A stretch of 64,000 bases of DNA from Antedon mediterranea (Eukaryota > Animalia > Echinodermata), in contig NC_092673.1 in assembly GCF_964355755.1 (NCBI RefSeq), positions 22,813,648 through 22,877,647 of the forward strand, written 5' to 3'. The notes under the pieces are model-generated. The model was not told the origin of the DNA. It did not search any database and saw only the letters and a list, made by a program, of their open reading frames with translations. Made by a program: the position numbers and the translations under genes. Shown one piece after another: positions 37,101 to 52,100 of the stretch. Numbering within the stretch: position 1 is the stretch's first letter; the number at the start of each line of letters is the position of its first letter.

Positions 37101-40100
37101 TTACATCCACACACTATAAGTAGCAATGATATAGTGTGACCTTGACCTTGAAGTAATGTGCACGCACGCAGCTAATTGCAAACATCGACTAACCCAACGC
37201 GCATCGTGCACCCACAGGTATTGAACCAACTCAATATAATGTATATAAATAGGCTTACATTAACATTAACTCGTAAAATATTAAGCATGTATCACAAGCT
37301 TGGGTCTAGCACTAAATTTGATATGATTGATTTTTTTTAACATTTGTGGCCGAACTCTTCTTTTCTTTTACATTTGTGGGCGTTATCACATTTGTGGGTG
37401 ATGATCGTTGTTACATTTGTGGTTGTTGTCACATTTGTGGGTTCAAACCATATCCAATTCTAAAAGACCATAAACCAAATACATAAATGGGAATGCTATC
37501 TTTTTCAGTGTAAATTCAGTGTGAATTTTATCACTGCATCGTCCATCATAGGGCCTGTTTCTGCTGAAACTGCTCAAAATATGGTATAAAAATTCGGTAT
37601 AAAATACGGTATTTTTTAGTACCACGTTTCTGCTAACAACACTTCTTGGGTGGTCGTGTTAAATTTCATCTTTATTACCCAAACTACCATTCTTGAACCG
37701 GAAGTTTGACCTAAGTATACTGAGCGTGTGCACTGTAACTCAGGAATTCCCACTCTCGGTGTCTACCGGTTGTTCACACTTGGTATGGTACACATGTGCT
37801 TGTGTTGTCCCAATAAACATGGTAGACGTAACGAAAAATGTAGTTTGGATTTTGATGAAAAGTGGCAATGAAGGAAGTTGCTTTGGCGACAAATCTACAT
37901 TGTATTACTGTTTTATTTTGTTCAAAATTCCTTTATAAATAGTGCAGTCCCTTTTATTGCCCCTTAGTTTTCCTGAAAGTTTCGCTTCCCCCCACAAATT
38001 AATAGTAAAAACGGTAACTTCTTCGCTCCACATTTTCGCACGTGTGTTTGAAAGAACTGTCACAGCGACAAAAAATCAAAACACAACACGATGTTGACCT
38101 CATGTCACAGGTAAAAAAAAATACGGTGTTTTTTATTGGCAGCAGAAACGGTTACAGAAAATACGATATAAATTTGTAAATACCGTATTTTAACCACAAA
38201 TTTTGTGGGGCAAATACGGTATTTTTTTTATGAGCGCAGTTTCTGCTGCCAAAAAAATACGGTATAAATACGGTATTCCAAAAATATCGTATTAAATATG
38301 GTATTTTCTTGGCAGCAGAAGGGCCATAGTTGATGGCTGTCGACTTACCTGTACCAATTGCTGGAAATGCTAATTTATCTTTTTTCCATTGATTAACTGT
38401 TGTCATAATTTTGACTAACATTGCTTTCAGCTTAGCATTGTCAACGTTCTTATTAGAAACCCATGGAATGGGAAGATGGCAAATTCCACCACACATCAAT
38501 TTTCCAGGACCAGTCCACACCTCATCTGAGGGAGCTATAAACAAATTTCACAACAATATTTACATATATTACACAGCCTATGTAAATATGTGAACGTGAT
38601 TGGTTGAAACTGCATTACATGACTACTGCTGCGAGGATTGTAAATCAGATATTTCCTCGAGTACAATGATATTGACTGAGAATTTTCGCATGATTATCGT
38701 CTCCCTGTCATTAAACATATAAAATCCAGTCAATTCTTGAGTACGATGATATTGACTGTGTAATTTTTGTGTGGCAACACTTGTGTTTGGCAATAAATAA
38801 ACAAAAGTCATCTACTGAGACTTAAACTCGTGAAGATTAGTCCCATCATAACGAAACAACGTTTTACCCTCTGCGCCATGTAACTTGCTTGAAGAAATTA
38901 ATCAACTAAACTATTTAAACTATGCATACATAGCGCCCTCGTTTGTTATTCGCCCTCTATAGATGTGATGAAAGACCATTTGTGATTGGTCAATACTTAT
39001 GGTAGTAAACTGGTACACACGAACATCTGGTGATTCGGCTCGAAGAAGACGAATTATTATTTATCGGCCTACCTGATAATAATGTAGGCTTATTGATGGA
39101 AATTCTTCTGTTATTTAAACGACCTAGGCCTAAGTGAATACTTTATTATTAATTATTAATTATCTGTATATTATTCTTCACAAGGTAAGGTGAATGTAAC
39201 ACGTAACTATAGGCAGGCTTCTTACATAAAGTAGGCCTAGCTACCCGACCAAGTAAATATTCTACTTGTTGTTGGCTATAATATAACAGATATCGCCTTT
39301 AAATATCGGTAAAATATAAGGTTTGACATCCACTCGTGAATGGTATTATGCTCTCAAGAATTATATATTCCCTCAAGCAAAATATCATTCCATCGGGGAT
39401 GTCAAATCTTTTATTTAACCTCTAAGCAGGCAATATCTGTATAATATCAATTGCCGCATATTATCCAAAACTATATTCTACCTCAATGTTTGGATAATTG
39501 ATCCCGGTTTTTGTCTATAATGACAATGGTGTTTTCTGCTACAACCGCTAGCCAAATTTGGTGTAGTCACATAGCTATAAAACACATATGTTTATTTCCC
39601 TTTAGTGCTGAGAAGTTTATATTACGCTTCAAGATGTCGTTTGGCATGAAAATTTAATTCTTGCTGCCGTTAATTATTTGTTTTACTTTCTTTTATGCAA
39701 TTTGCACAATATACATAACATATTTTGTATGATAAAATAACACAATAACTTGCATTTGATATTGTTTCGACATTCTGTTTGAATTGTTTCTCCTCCTGCC
39801 TTTAGTATTGCCCTCGCTACAGCTCCTATTGGAAAACGTTACTTTTATAAAACCAACATTTAATTTGTTAATTATATAGTCATTTTAATGAGTACAGTTT
39901 GATAATAGATAGTATGCACATGCAAAAATATTTCGCGGCATATGTGAAAGCTCTTTATATGCTTTTAAAATGCTAAGATGTAACAATAATAGGTCTATCT
40001 AGACTAAACATTTAAAATACATGTACTTTTATCTATAAGAATAATTTTCCAGGATACAATACAGCCCTAATAATACTAAATACAAAATAAAACAAACAAT

Positions 40101-43100
40101 AATTTTTTTAATGCAGACACTATATACCAGTGGAAGAATACATAACTGATGTTTAGAAAAGACAATATATACTTTACCGTTACTCAAATCAAAGGCACTT
40201 GTAGTCAAATTGACAATAGCATATGCATCACTAGCCGTTATATCTCCATGTTCAATTTTAACTGTTATACATCCTATGTCCATCTCTGCCTGAAGTGTAT
40301 CTATACTTCTTCTAAAGTGTTTATATGGTGATAACTTTGAAGGAGTAGAAATATTCTGGTAACCTGCATAAATAAACAATTTGGGCAACTGGCGTAAACA
40401 TACAGTATTTTATTACAGGATTGTATCATACAAAGATTCCACTGCTTATGGTCATTACTATAAACCAGATCAATTTACCCTAAAAATTATCTACTGGAGC
40501 ATATTGAAGCAACATGAGAAATAAATAAATAAATATAATAAAATAATAATTTGACAATAATACTGAATCAATTCAGAGGGCTTGTATGATAATAATAATA
40601 ATAAACTAGAATTTAATTCGTCACTTTGACGAATTATAGGTGATCATTTTTATCATTTTATTGACATTCATATTTTTGAAACATGCACGTATGTTAACAT
40701 ACAATCGGAAAATGTTGATGTATGCCATCCTATTATACGCTTATAGTGCTGAGTTGTGCCTATTATATGCCATAATACAATATGTACAGTATATACTGTA
40801 CTGTGTATATCTATATACAGTGTAGCATAGGTGAAATTACGGACACACATCATGTTCTAAGTTTTTGGCACTGATGACATTATCAAAAAAAACTTGTGGA
40901 CAACAATATTGAAAAATAATGAATTTAGCAATAAAATATAACAATTGGAAGAAAATTTGGCACGTAGAAGGGCTGTGCGCGCTCTTTAAAAATTGTATAA
41001 CTTTTACGAAAGAGATGAAAAAACTACTTTTTAACTTCAACTGGCCATATGATAACGTCACAACATCTGATAGGCTTAATTTTTGTATGAATTCATATCT
41101 ACATTTCACCAGCTATCATACTAAATTATAAACATCGAGGTCAACTTTAATTCAGAAGAGCTGTAAGGTATTCAAATATACGTTGTAGGTAAAATTACGT
41201 AACCACCGTTATTTAAATTTTAAGACATGATAACGTTATCCAAAAGAAAATATTGGCAACTTATAAGTAACATAATTGGTTGAGGTAGAATGTGTTAAAA
41301 ATTAAAAGAAAATCGATAACAGATAAGCGAGTTGCGCTCTGTTGAATATGGTGGTCTATGACAAAAGGGGAAAAACCCCTATTTTCAAAATTCATGTGGC
41401 CAAATGATGACGTCATACCATTTTGTACGTCTACTGTGTATATACATTTATTTATACAACTCATTGGCTTCCATAATAAGTTAAAAAAATTGGGGTCACC
41501 TTTCATTCTGAAAAGTTATATTCATTTTAAAAAGGCCCTACTTTTTACCATTTTTAGCACTTTTGTACATTTAATGTGCGCATTTTGTCATATTTAACGT
41601 GCTCGTATAGCGTTATTTTAAGTCGGAATGGACTCAAAGTTGGAGAATGTACTAAGGATTGTGAGTAGAATGTGATGTATACATCAAATTTTATTTTTTA
41701 CGCTTTTTAAAACTCGCGTAGCCAAAAATATGTTTTTGCGCAGTAATTTTTTGAAACACGCAAATGGCCTATTTCATGCTCTAAATTGATCAAAACTTAA
41801 TTTTGAGCTTTTTAAAATTTTAATGCGCGATTTCACGCGCATGACCTTGAAACACGCAATTTTTTATTTGCTAATACTTTTACCTTTGACCTGAAGTTTA
41901 CGTGTAGTGAATTTCATTAATATGTGATAATGAATTATGGAGATATGATTGACAATGTGACAATCCTATGACATGATGCATATACACTTATAGCGCTTAG
42001 TTGTGCCTATTATGTGTCATATACAATATGTACAGTATATACTGTATATCTATATACAGTGTAGCATAGGTAAAATTATGGGACCCACATCATGTTCTAA
42101 TTTTTTGGTATAATGGAATTATCAAAATAAATTTGAAGATGACAATTTCGAAAGATAATGAATTGAGCAAATAAATATAAGGATTGGAAGAGAATTTGAC
42201 ACGTATAAGCGCAATGCGTGCTCTTTGAAATTTGTATAACTTCGACTAAAGAAATTAAAAAACTACGTTTTAACTTCAACTGGCCATATGATAACATCAC
42301 AACATCCGATAGGCTTAATTTTGATATGAATTCATATCTACATTTCATCAGCTTTCATAATAAATTATAATCTTCAAGGTCACCTTAAATTCTGAGGAGC
42401 TATAAGATATTCAAATGTATGGTGTAGCTGAAATTACACGACCTAGGTTATTCAAGTTTTTACGCGTGATGACGTCATCACAATAAAAATGTTGACAACT
42501 CACGAGAAAGATAATTAATTGAGCAAGCACATACTAAAATTTGTGCAAAAATCGGGCTCAAATAACGGAGATGGGCTCTATTGAATGTGATAACCCACAC
42601 AAAAAAGATAAAAATTACTAATTTTTAAATTCAAATGGCCATTTGATGACGTCATACCATTTTGTACGTCTAATATGTATATATATTTATATCTACAACT
42701 TATTGGCTTCCATAATAAGTTAAAAAAATTGGGGGTCACCTGCCATTCTGAAGAGTTATATTCATTTTAAAAAGGCCTTATTTTTTACCATTTTTAGCAC
42801 TTTTGTACAATTAATGTGCGCATTTTGTCATTTTTAACGTGCTCGTATAGCGTTATTTTAAGTCGGAATGGACTGAAAGTCGGAGAATGTACTAAGGATT
42901 GTGAGTAGAATATGATGTATACATCAAATTTTATTTTTTACCCTTTTTAAAAATCGCGTGCGCAAAAATGTGTTTTTACGCAGTAATTTTTTGAAACACG
43001 CAAATGGCCTATTTCATGCTCTAAATTGATAAAAACTAAATTTTGAGCTTTTTAAAATTTCAACGCGCTTTTTCACGCGCATGACCTTGAAACGCCCGAG

Positions 43101-46100
43101 TTTTTTTTTGCTAATATTTTTTACCTTGACCTCTAGTTTACGTGTAGTGATTTTCATTAATATGTGATAATGAATTATGGAGATATGATTGATAATGTGA
43201 TTTCACAAAATGGCGTATACGTGACGTCACGGATGAGTGATCACGCTGAAAAGCTTATTATGGCTAAGTTAAAGTACTTGAAAGACAATGTGAAATTTTG
43301 GTAATCATTGACATTAAACTTTTTGAGATATTTGTTACACAAATTTGTACAGAGAGAAATAAATAACTAGACATGAAACTCGTCACTTTGACGAGTTAGT
43401 TATCCGCACGACAAACGCCACGTGCACGTCATACGTTGGAATATTGCACACAGAAAAAGATTATGGCATTATGACCTGAACTGAAGAATATCATATCTTG
43501 TTAGTGCTGAATTCTGTCTATTTTGTGTCATATAGTATATACATATAATGTATACATATTACATACAGTGTAGAATAGGTGAAATTACGGGACCCACCGT
43601 TTATTCCAATTTTTAACATGGCGACGGTATCAAAATGAAACACTAAGATAGCAATTTCGGAAGGACATTATCTCAGCAACCACATATTAACGTGTAGAAG
43701 AAATTTGAATACGTAAAATATAGATGCGCGCCCTTTTAAATGTGATGAACTATTACGCAAAATATGAAAATACGCCTTTTTGTATTCAACTGGCCATATG
43801 ATGACGTCACAACATCCGATTGGCAAAATGTTTACATGAATTCGTATCTACAATTCAATAGCTTCCAGAAAACGTTTTAATCATGATTATCACGTTTTAT
43901 TCTGACGAGCTATAACAGATTGAAATTTACTGTAAGGACGAAAATAAGTGACCCACGTTATTTACATTTCTAGACATGATGACGTCATAAATACTAAAAT
44001 ATTTTTAACTCATACGAAAGATAGTTGATTGACCTAGATAATATAAAAATCGGGGTAAAAATGGAAAACAGATAATTCGAGATGCGCTCTATTAAATGTC
44101 ATGCGCTATGATGAAAGATACAAAAATCCTATATTTTATATTCGCGTGGGCATACGGTGACGTCACAATGTCCGGTTAGCCATATTAATGCATGATTCAA
44201 AATCTACATCTCATCAACTTTCAGAATATGCAATAAAAATAACTTTCACCGTTTAGTTTAGGAACTATAACTGTTTAAAAAAGGGCATAATTTTGACAAA
44301 TTTTGACGACTTTTTGAACTTTTTCATCAAAAATGCACGTAAATTATCCAATTCGACGTGCCCGTATGACGTAATTTTAAGTCGAAATTGTTCAAAAGTT
44401 GGTAAAATTACTAGAAAAGGCTGGAAAAACATAAATCACGCGAAAAAAATGGTTTTCAACGCTACGTGCGCACCGCACGCGTAAAAAAATGCGTGTACGT
44501 GGGAATTTTTTACATGCTCAAAATGACATGAAAGGCGTAGAAAGTTGATTAGAAATTGATTTTTCGCATTTTGAAATTTTAAACGCGCGTGCGCGCGTAA
44601 CTTCCTGTGAAACATGCCATTTTTTTTTCACATTCTGTTAGCGCAAGATATCAATTAAACTTTCGTTAAGTTTCAATTTAAATTGCTATATGGTTTTCAA
44701 TCTATGTTAAAAATGCGAAATTCGTAAAAACGCGCGTAAGTCATGTTGCGCAACTCTGACGTCATTCAAAAATAGGAGGTGCACAACTTCACCTGAATGC
44801 CCTCATGCTGACAAAGTTATAACATGTTATGTTTACACGTTTTTGAGATACGCGAGACACAAAAATAGAGGAGAAAGAAAGAAAAAAAAAAACTAGACAT
44901 GAAACTCGTCACTTTGACGAGTTAGTTATCCGCACGACAAACGCCACGTGCACGTCATACGTTGGAATATTGCACACAGAAAAAGATTATGGCATTATGA
45001 CCTGAACTGATGAATATGATATGTTGTTAGTGTTGAATTCTGTTATTTTGTGTCATAGTATAGTTACACAGTATAATCTGTATACATATCACATACAGTG
45101 AAGAATAGGTGAAATTACGGGACCCGCTCTTTATTCCAATTTTTAACATGGCGACGGTATCAAAATGAAACACTAAGATAGCAAATTCGGAAGGAAATTA
45201 TATCAGCAACCACATATTAATGTGTAGAAGAAATTTAAATACGTAAAATATAGATGCGCGCTCTTTTAAATGTGATGAACTATTACGCAAAATATGAAAA
45301 TATGACTTTTTTTATTCAGCTGACCATATGATGACGTCAAAACATTCGATTGGCAAAATGTTTACATGAATTCGTATCTACAATCCAATAGCTTCCAGAA
45401 AACGTTGTAATCATGATTATCACTTTTTATTCTGACGAGCTATAACAGATTAAAATTTACTGTAAAGATGAAAATATGTGACCCGGGATATTTACATTTT
45501 TAGACATTATGACGTCATAAAAATTAAAATATTTTTAACTCATGCGAAAGAAAATTGATTGACCTAGACAATATAAAAATCAAAGTGAAAATGAAAAACG
45601 GATAAGTGGAGATGCGCTCTATTAAATCTGATAAGCTATGACGAAAGATACAAAAATCCTATATTTTATATTCGTGTGGCCATACGATGACGTTACAATG
45701 TCCGGTTAGCCATTTTAAAGCATGATCCGATATCTACAACTCATCAACTTCCAGAATATGTAATAAAAATAATTTTTACCGTTTAGTTTAGAAACTACGA
45801 CTGTTTAAAAAAATGCTTTATTTTGACGAATTTGTTAACTTTTTCATCAAAAACGCGCACAAATTATCCAATTCGGCGTGCTCGTATGACGTAATTTTAA
45901 GTCGAAATTGTTTAAAAGTTGTTAAAATTACTAGAAAAGGCTGAAAAAACATAAATCACGTGGAAAAAGTATGTTTTTAACGCTACGTGTGCACCGCGCC
46001 CGTAAAAATTTGCGCATGCGTGGGAATTTTTGACATGCTCAAAATGACAAGAAACGCGTAGAAAATTAATTAGAAATTGATTTTTCGCATTATAAAATTT

Positions 46101-49100
46101 TAAACGCGCGTGCGCGCGTAACTTCTTGTAAAACATGCCATTTTTTGTGCACAAAAAGTTTGCCCTTGATATGACTTAAATTTTCACAAAGTGTACAAAA
46201 AAAAATTACACTTGGTTTTATATCTATGATCAATTTAAAAAAATCATAAAATCATGCGTAAGTCACGTTGCGTAACTATGACGTCATTCAAAAATAGGAG
46301 GTGCACAACTTCACGTAAATGCCCATATGTTGACAAAGTTATGAAATGTTATGTTTACCCATTTTAGAGATACGCTCTGCACAAAAAGTGAGGGAGAAAG
46401 ACTGAAGAATAATGAAAAAAAAAAAAAAGACACAGGACAGTTACAAGGAGTTATCCGCTAAATGCGGATAACTAAAAAGTAACAGGACAGTTACAAGGAG
46501 TTATCCGCTGAATGCGGATAACTAACTAGACATGTAACTCGTCACTTTGACGAGTTAGTTATCGGCACGACAAAGGCCACGTGCACGTCATACGTTAGAA
46601 TATTGCACACAGAAAAAGATTATGGCAATATGACCTGAACTGAAGAATATGGTATGTTGTTATTGCTGAATTCTGTTATTTTGTGTCATATAGTATATAC
46701 AATATAATCTGTATACATATTACATACAGTGTAGAATAGGTGAAATGACTGGACCCGCCATTTATTCCAATTTTTAACATGGCGACGGTATCAAAATGAA
46801 ACACTAAGATAGCAATTTCGGAAGGAAATTATCTCGGCAACAACATATTAACGTGTAGAAGAAATTTGAATACGTAAAATATAGATGCGCACCCTTTTAA
46901 ATGTGATGAACTATTACGCAAAATATGAAAATACGACTTTTTTTATTCAACTGGCCATATGATGACGTCACAACATCCGATTGGCAAAATGTTTACATAA
47001 ATTCGTATCTACAATCCAATAGCTTCCAGAAAACGTTTTAATCATGATGATCACGTTTTAATCTGACGAGCTATAACAGATTGAAATTTACTGTAAAGAC
47101 GAAAATAAGTGACCCACGTTATTTACATTTTTAGAAATGATGACGTCATAAAAATTAAAATATTTTTAACTCATACGAAAGATAGTTAATTGACCTAGAT
47201 AATATAAAAATCGGGGTAAAAATGGAAAACAGATAATTGGAGATGCGCTCTATTAAATGTCATACGCTATGATGAAAGATACAAAAATCCTATATTTTAT
47301 ATTCGCATGGCCATACGGTGACGTCACAATGTTCGGTTAGCCATATTAATGCATGACCCAAAATCTACAACTCATCAACTTTCAGAATATGCAATTAAAA
47401 TAACTTTCACCGTTTAGTTTAGAAACTACGACTGTTTAAAAAAGGGCATAATTTTGACGATTTTTTGAACTTTTTCATCAAAAATGCACGTAAATTATCC
47501 AATTCAACGTGCCCGTGTGACGTAATTTTAAGTCGAAATTGTTCAAAAGTTGGTAAAATTACTAGAAAAGGCTGGAAAAAAACAAATCACGCAAAAAAAA
47601 TTGTTTTCAACGCTACGTGCGCACCGCGCGCGTAAAAAAATGCCCGCACGTGGGAATTTTTTACATGCTCTAAATGACATGAAACGCTTAGAAAGTTGAT
47701 TAGAAATTGATTTTTCGCATTTTGAAATTTTAAACGCGCGTGCGCGCGCAACTTCGTGTGAAACATGCCAATTTTTTTTCACATTCAGTTAGCGCAAGAT
47801 ATCAATTAAACTTTTGTTAAGTTTCAATTTAAATTGCTATATGGTTTTCAATCTATGTTAAATAGGCGAAATTCGTAAAAACGCGCGTAAGTCATGTTGC
47901 GCAACTCTGACGTCATTCAAAAATAGGAGGTGCACAACTTCACCTGAATGATCTCATGCTGACAAAGTTATAACATGTTATGTTTACACGTTTTTGAGAT
48001 ACGCGAGACACAAAAATAGAGGAGAAAGAAAGAAGAAAAAAACTAGACATGTAACTCGTCACTTTGACGAGTTAGTTATCCGCACGACAAACGCCACGCG
48101 CACGTCATACGTTGGAATTTTGTACACGGAAAAAGATTATGGCATTATGACCTGAACTGAAGAATATCAATGCTGTTAGTGCTGAATTCTGTCAATTTTG
48201 TGTCATATAGTATATACAGTGCAAACGGTAATCTGTATACATGTTACATACAGTGTAGAATAGGTGAAATTACGGGACCCCCCGTTTATTCTTATTTTTA
48301 ACTTGGCGACGGTATCAAAATGAAACACTAAGATAGCAATTTTGGAAGGACATTATCTCAGCAATCACATATTACCGTGTAGAAGAAATTTGAATACGTA
48401 AAATATAGATGCGCGCCCTTTTAAATGTGATGAACTATTACGCAAAATATGAAAATACGACTTTTATTATTCAACTGGCCATATGATAACATCAGAACGT
48501 CGGATTGGAAAAATGTTCACATGAATTCGTATCTACAATCCAATAGCTTCCAGGAAACATTTTAATCATGATTATCACTTTTTATTCTGACGAGCTATAA
48601 CAGATTGAAATTTACTGTAAAGATGAAAATAATTGACCCACGTTATTTACGTTTTTAGACATGATGACGTAATAAAAATTAAAATATTTTTAACTCATGC
48701 GAAAGATAGTTGATTGATCTAGACAATATCACAATCGGGGTGAAAATGGAAAACGGATAAGTAGAGATGCGCTCTATTAAATGTGATGAGCTACGACGAA
48801 AGATACAAAAATCCTATATTTTAGATACGCGTGGCCATACGATGACGTCACAATGTCCGGTTAGCCATATTAATACATGATCCGATATCTATAACTCATC
48901 AACTTCAAGAATATGTCATCCACAAAAAAATGACCGTCCAGTTTAGAAATTACGACTGTTTAAAAAAAGGCATAATTTTGACAAATTTTGACAAATTTGT
49001 TAACTTTTTCATCAAAAACTCGCGAAAATTATCCAATTCTACGTGCCCGTATGACGTGATTTTAAGTCGAAATTGTTTAAAAGTTTGTAAAATTACTAGA

Positions 49101-52100
49101 AAAGGCAGGAAAAACATAAATCACGCGAAAAAAAAAGTGTTTTGCGCTACGTGCGTCCGCTTGCGTAAAAAAATTGCGCGCGCCTGGGAATTTTTGACAT
49201 GCTTAAAATGACATGAAACGCGTAGAAAGTTGATTAGAAATTGATTTTTCGCATTTTGAAATTTTAAACGCGCGTACGCGCGTAACTTCGTGTGAAACAT
49301 GTCATTTTTTTTACACATAAAGTTAGCGCATGATATAAATTAAACTTATGCTAAGTTTCATTTGAAATTGTTATATGGTTTTCGATCTATGTTAAATACG
49401 CGAAAAACGTAAAAACGTGCGTAAGTCACGTTGCGTAACTCTGACGTCATTCACAATAAGAGGGGCACAACTTCCCGCGAATGCCCATATGTTGACAAAG
49501 TTATGAAATGTTATGTTTACATGTTTTAGAGATACGCTCTGCACAAAAATGACAGAAAGAAAGAAGAATACAGAAAAAAAAGAAGATGAAACAGGACAGT
49601 TACAAGGAGTTATCCGCTGAATGCGGATAACTAAAAAAGTAACAGGACAGTTACAAGGAGTTATCCGCTGAATGCGGATAACTAATAAGAATAAGAAGAA
49701 GAATAAAGATTTCATACAATAACAATAGGTGATCATTTTATTCTAAATGATCACCTAATAAAATGATCTATTTCTTTACCCATTTGTGTCGTCTTTAGTC
49801 CTTTTTTTTTTGTGGTTGGAGTTATATTCTTAATCTCACAAATGAATGCCTAAATAAAATAAATGATAACATCGTTTTTTTGTTAGTCCTTTATTGATTG
49901 TTGCAAAGTGAAGAAATAAAATGACATGGGTTATTTGTTAAAACAAAGATAGCACTGTATATATATATTTTATTTTATAACTTGTTAGTATTACCGGCAT
50001 CTTTGATTTATTAAGTTTCCTGTTGTTGATATCAATTCCCCTTTTTCATTGGTAATTTTTGGAGATTGAAAATATTTTTTTATTACTATAACATGGGATC
50101 CTATCGAAACTAAACAATAGTACAGTGTGTGTAGTGCACACACTGTGTAGTTCACACCTTTAAATTCTGATTGTGTTTACTACATCATTGCTGAATTCTA
50201 AAGCAACAGACATGTACACGTACAGATAGTGTGTTGAATTCAAACAAACCTCAAAAGTTCTGTCATCTTTATGATAAACAACAAAATGGATTTCCTTTAG
50301 ACTGCTTTGTGGATTATTTGCACTAAAGGTTATAGCTTCTTCATACATGACTTTTGCCACTTGCTCAGCTGGATACTTCAGGTTTCCAGTTCCTAGTGCA
50401 GGAATGGCTATTGACCTCATAGTAGATGCCGACAAGAATAAGTTTCTTAATAGTTCTTTTATATCCTGAAATTGCAATTACTGATTTATTTATTTTGAAG
50501 AGCCGAAAACAATTATTTTTACCAATTAATCACAATAAAAAATAAAGGGAAGTCAAATGATTTCTTAAATATATTTAGTGATCAAATGTTTTGCAGAATA
50601 GTTCTTAAGTATAAGCTTTGTATATTGTGATGATGAATCCAATTTGTACAGCAGTCTGCAGTCAGCGCATTTTGATATGGCTTCTCTTTGTAGTTAACAG
50701 ATATAGCATGTTTAAAATCTGTTCAACTGTCAAGATAATAAAGGTTAAAAGGTATGTCTAGAACTACAAATTGGTGATTTCTTAGCGAGATCAATTTAAC
50801 ACTAATTGTTCCTAAAAAAAAAAAACAAGTCATGTCATCTGTTTTTGTTATACAGGTATCATTGTGATTGATCTAGGTTAAAAAAAAAACACTGATGCAT
50901 TAATGTTTTTATCGTTAAGGTTGTACACTACTGTAACTATTTTAAAAAATCATACCTGTATAGAAGTTAGTCCCTTATAGTTTTTCAATGCTGTGTGGAA
51001 GACTTTTTTACATTGCAGTGCGAAAGGGCCTGTCTCGACAAATTCTGTTGTTGACATATTTCCTTTAGCAGCTTTTGCTTTACTACACTCCTGTTGAAGT
51101 TGGGGACCAGCAGCTTTAAGAAGAGCCTTTGAAACTTTACCATAGCTCAAGTTAAATTCCGATGAAGTTGTATTTACAATGACATCCACCTGAAAATATT
51201 TTTTTTTAATTGTTTCTAAAATAATTTTTTGTAATTCAAAACTCCAAAAACTGTTGAAAAAGTGAGTAACAAATACTTTTTTCTAAATTAACTATATGAA
51301 AATAAACACTACAAACCTTAGAATCTTCAATCTTTCCTCTGATGAGTTTAATTGTAAATCCTTCTTTTGTTATTAATACATTGTTAGTGATCTTTAATCC
51401 ATAACTTGGTTTAGTTGGCATGGCAAAAGCAGCTCTTGTAAGGTCATTGGACAACTCCTCTTCTTCATGCACACCTTTGAAGACATCTTTCATAGCAGAC
51501 TCAAACGCATTACAATCAATAATGTTGTTGCTTACAAAATACACTTGCTGTAGTGCTGACCTAGGATTGTCATCAAAGTACTCCTTAGTTGCTTCTAAGA
51601 TCGCTTGTGTACATGGTTCTAAAGGATAGCCAAATATCCCAGAACTTATGGCTGGCATTGCAATAGAAGTGAATCTACTTTTATCTGCTTCTTCATAAAC
51701 ACCTGTCACTGACTTCATTAGCATTTCTCTTGCTCTTGGCTCCTTTGTTTTATTATATTTTGGACCAACAGTGTGAATAACCTTTTTGCATGGGAGGTTT
51801 CCTGCATCAGTTAAAACAGCTTCTCCTGACAGAAGCATGCTACCTTGAGCTTCTATTATCCTATCACTTTCCATCTGTATTTCTTTTCCTCCTAAGATTG
51901 AGATATAAAAACATACAGAAAATCATGGGATTTCAAAATGTGAGTTTCTACAAAAAAAATAAAATATAAATACTGCCGTTAAGGCGAAAAAAATTGATCA
52001 AATTAATACGCCCTCACCTTTCAGTATTTTATTCACGAATCAGGATCTCCGAAGAGAACATTAATTCTAAACTGACCAGTGATATACTAAAATTTTGATA

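Noticed and set aside
40640-49736. Numerous 60-114 aa ORFs in the large intron
   Set aside because: They lie in non-coding HINE copies, are not conserved as ORFs between copies, and show no Rep or helicase motifs
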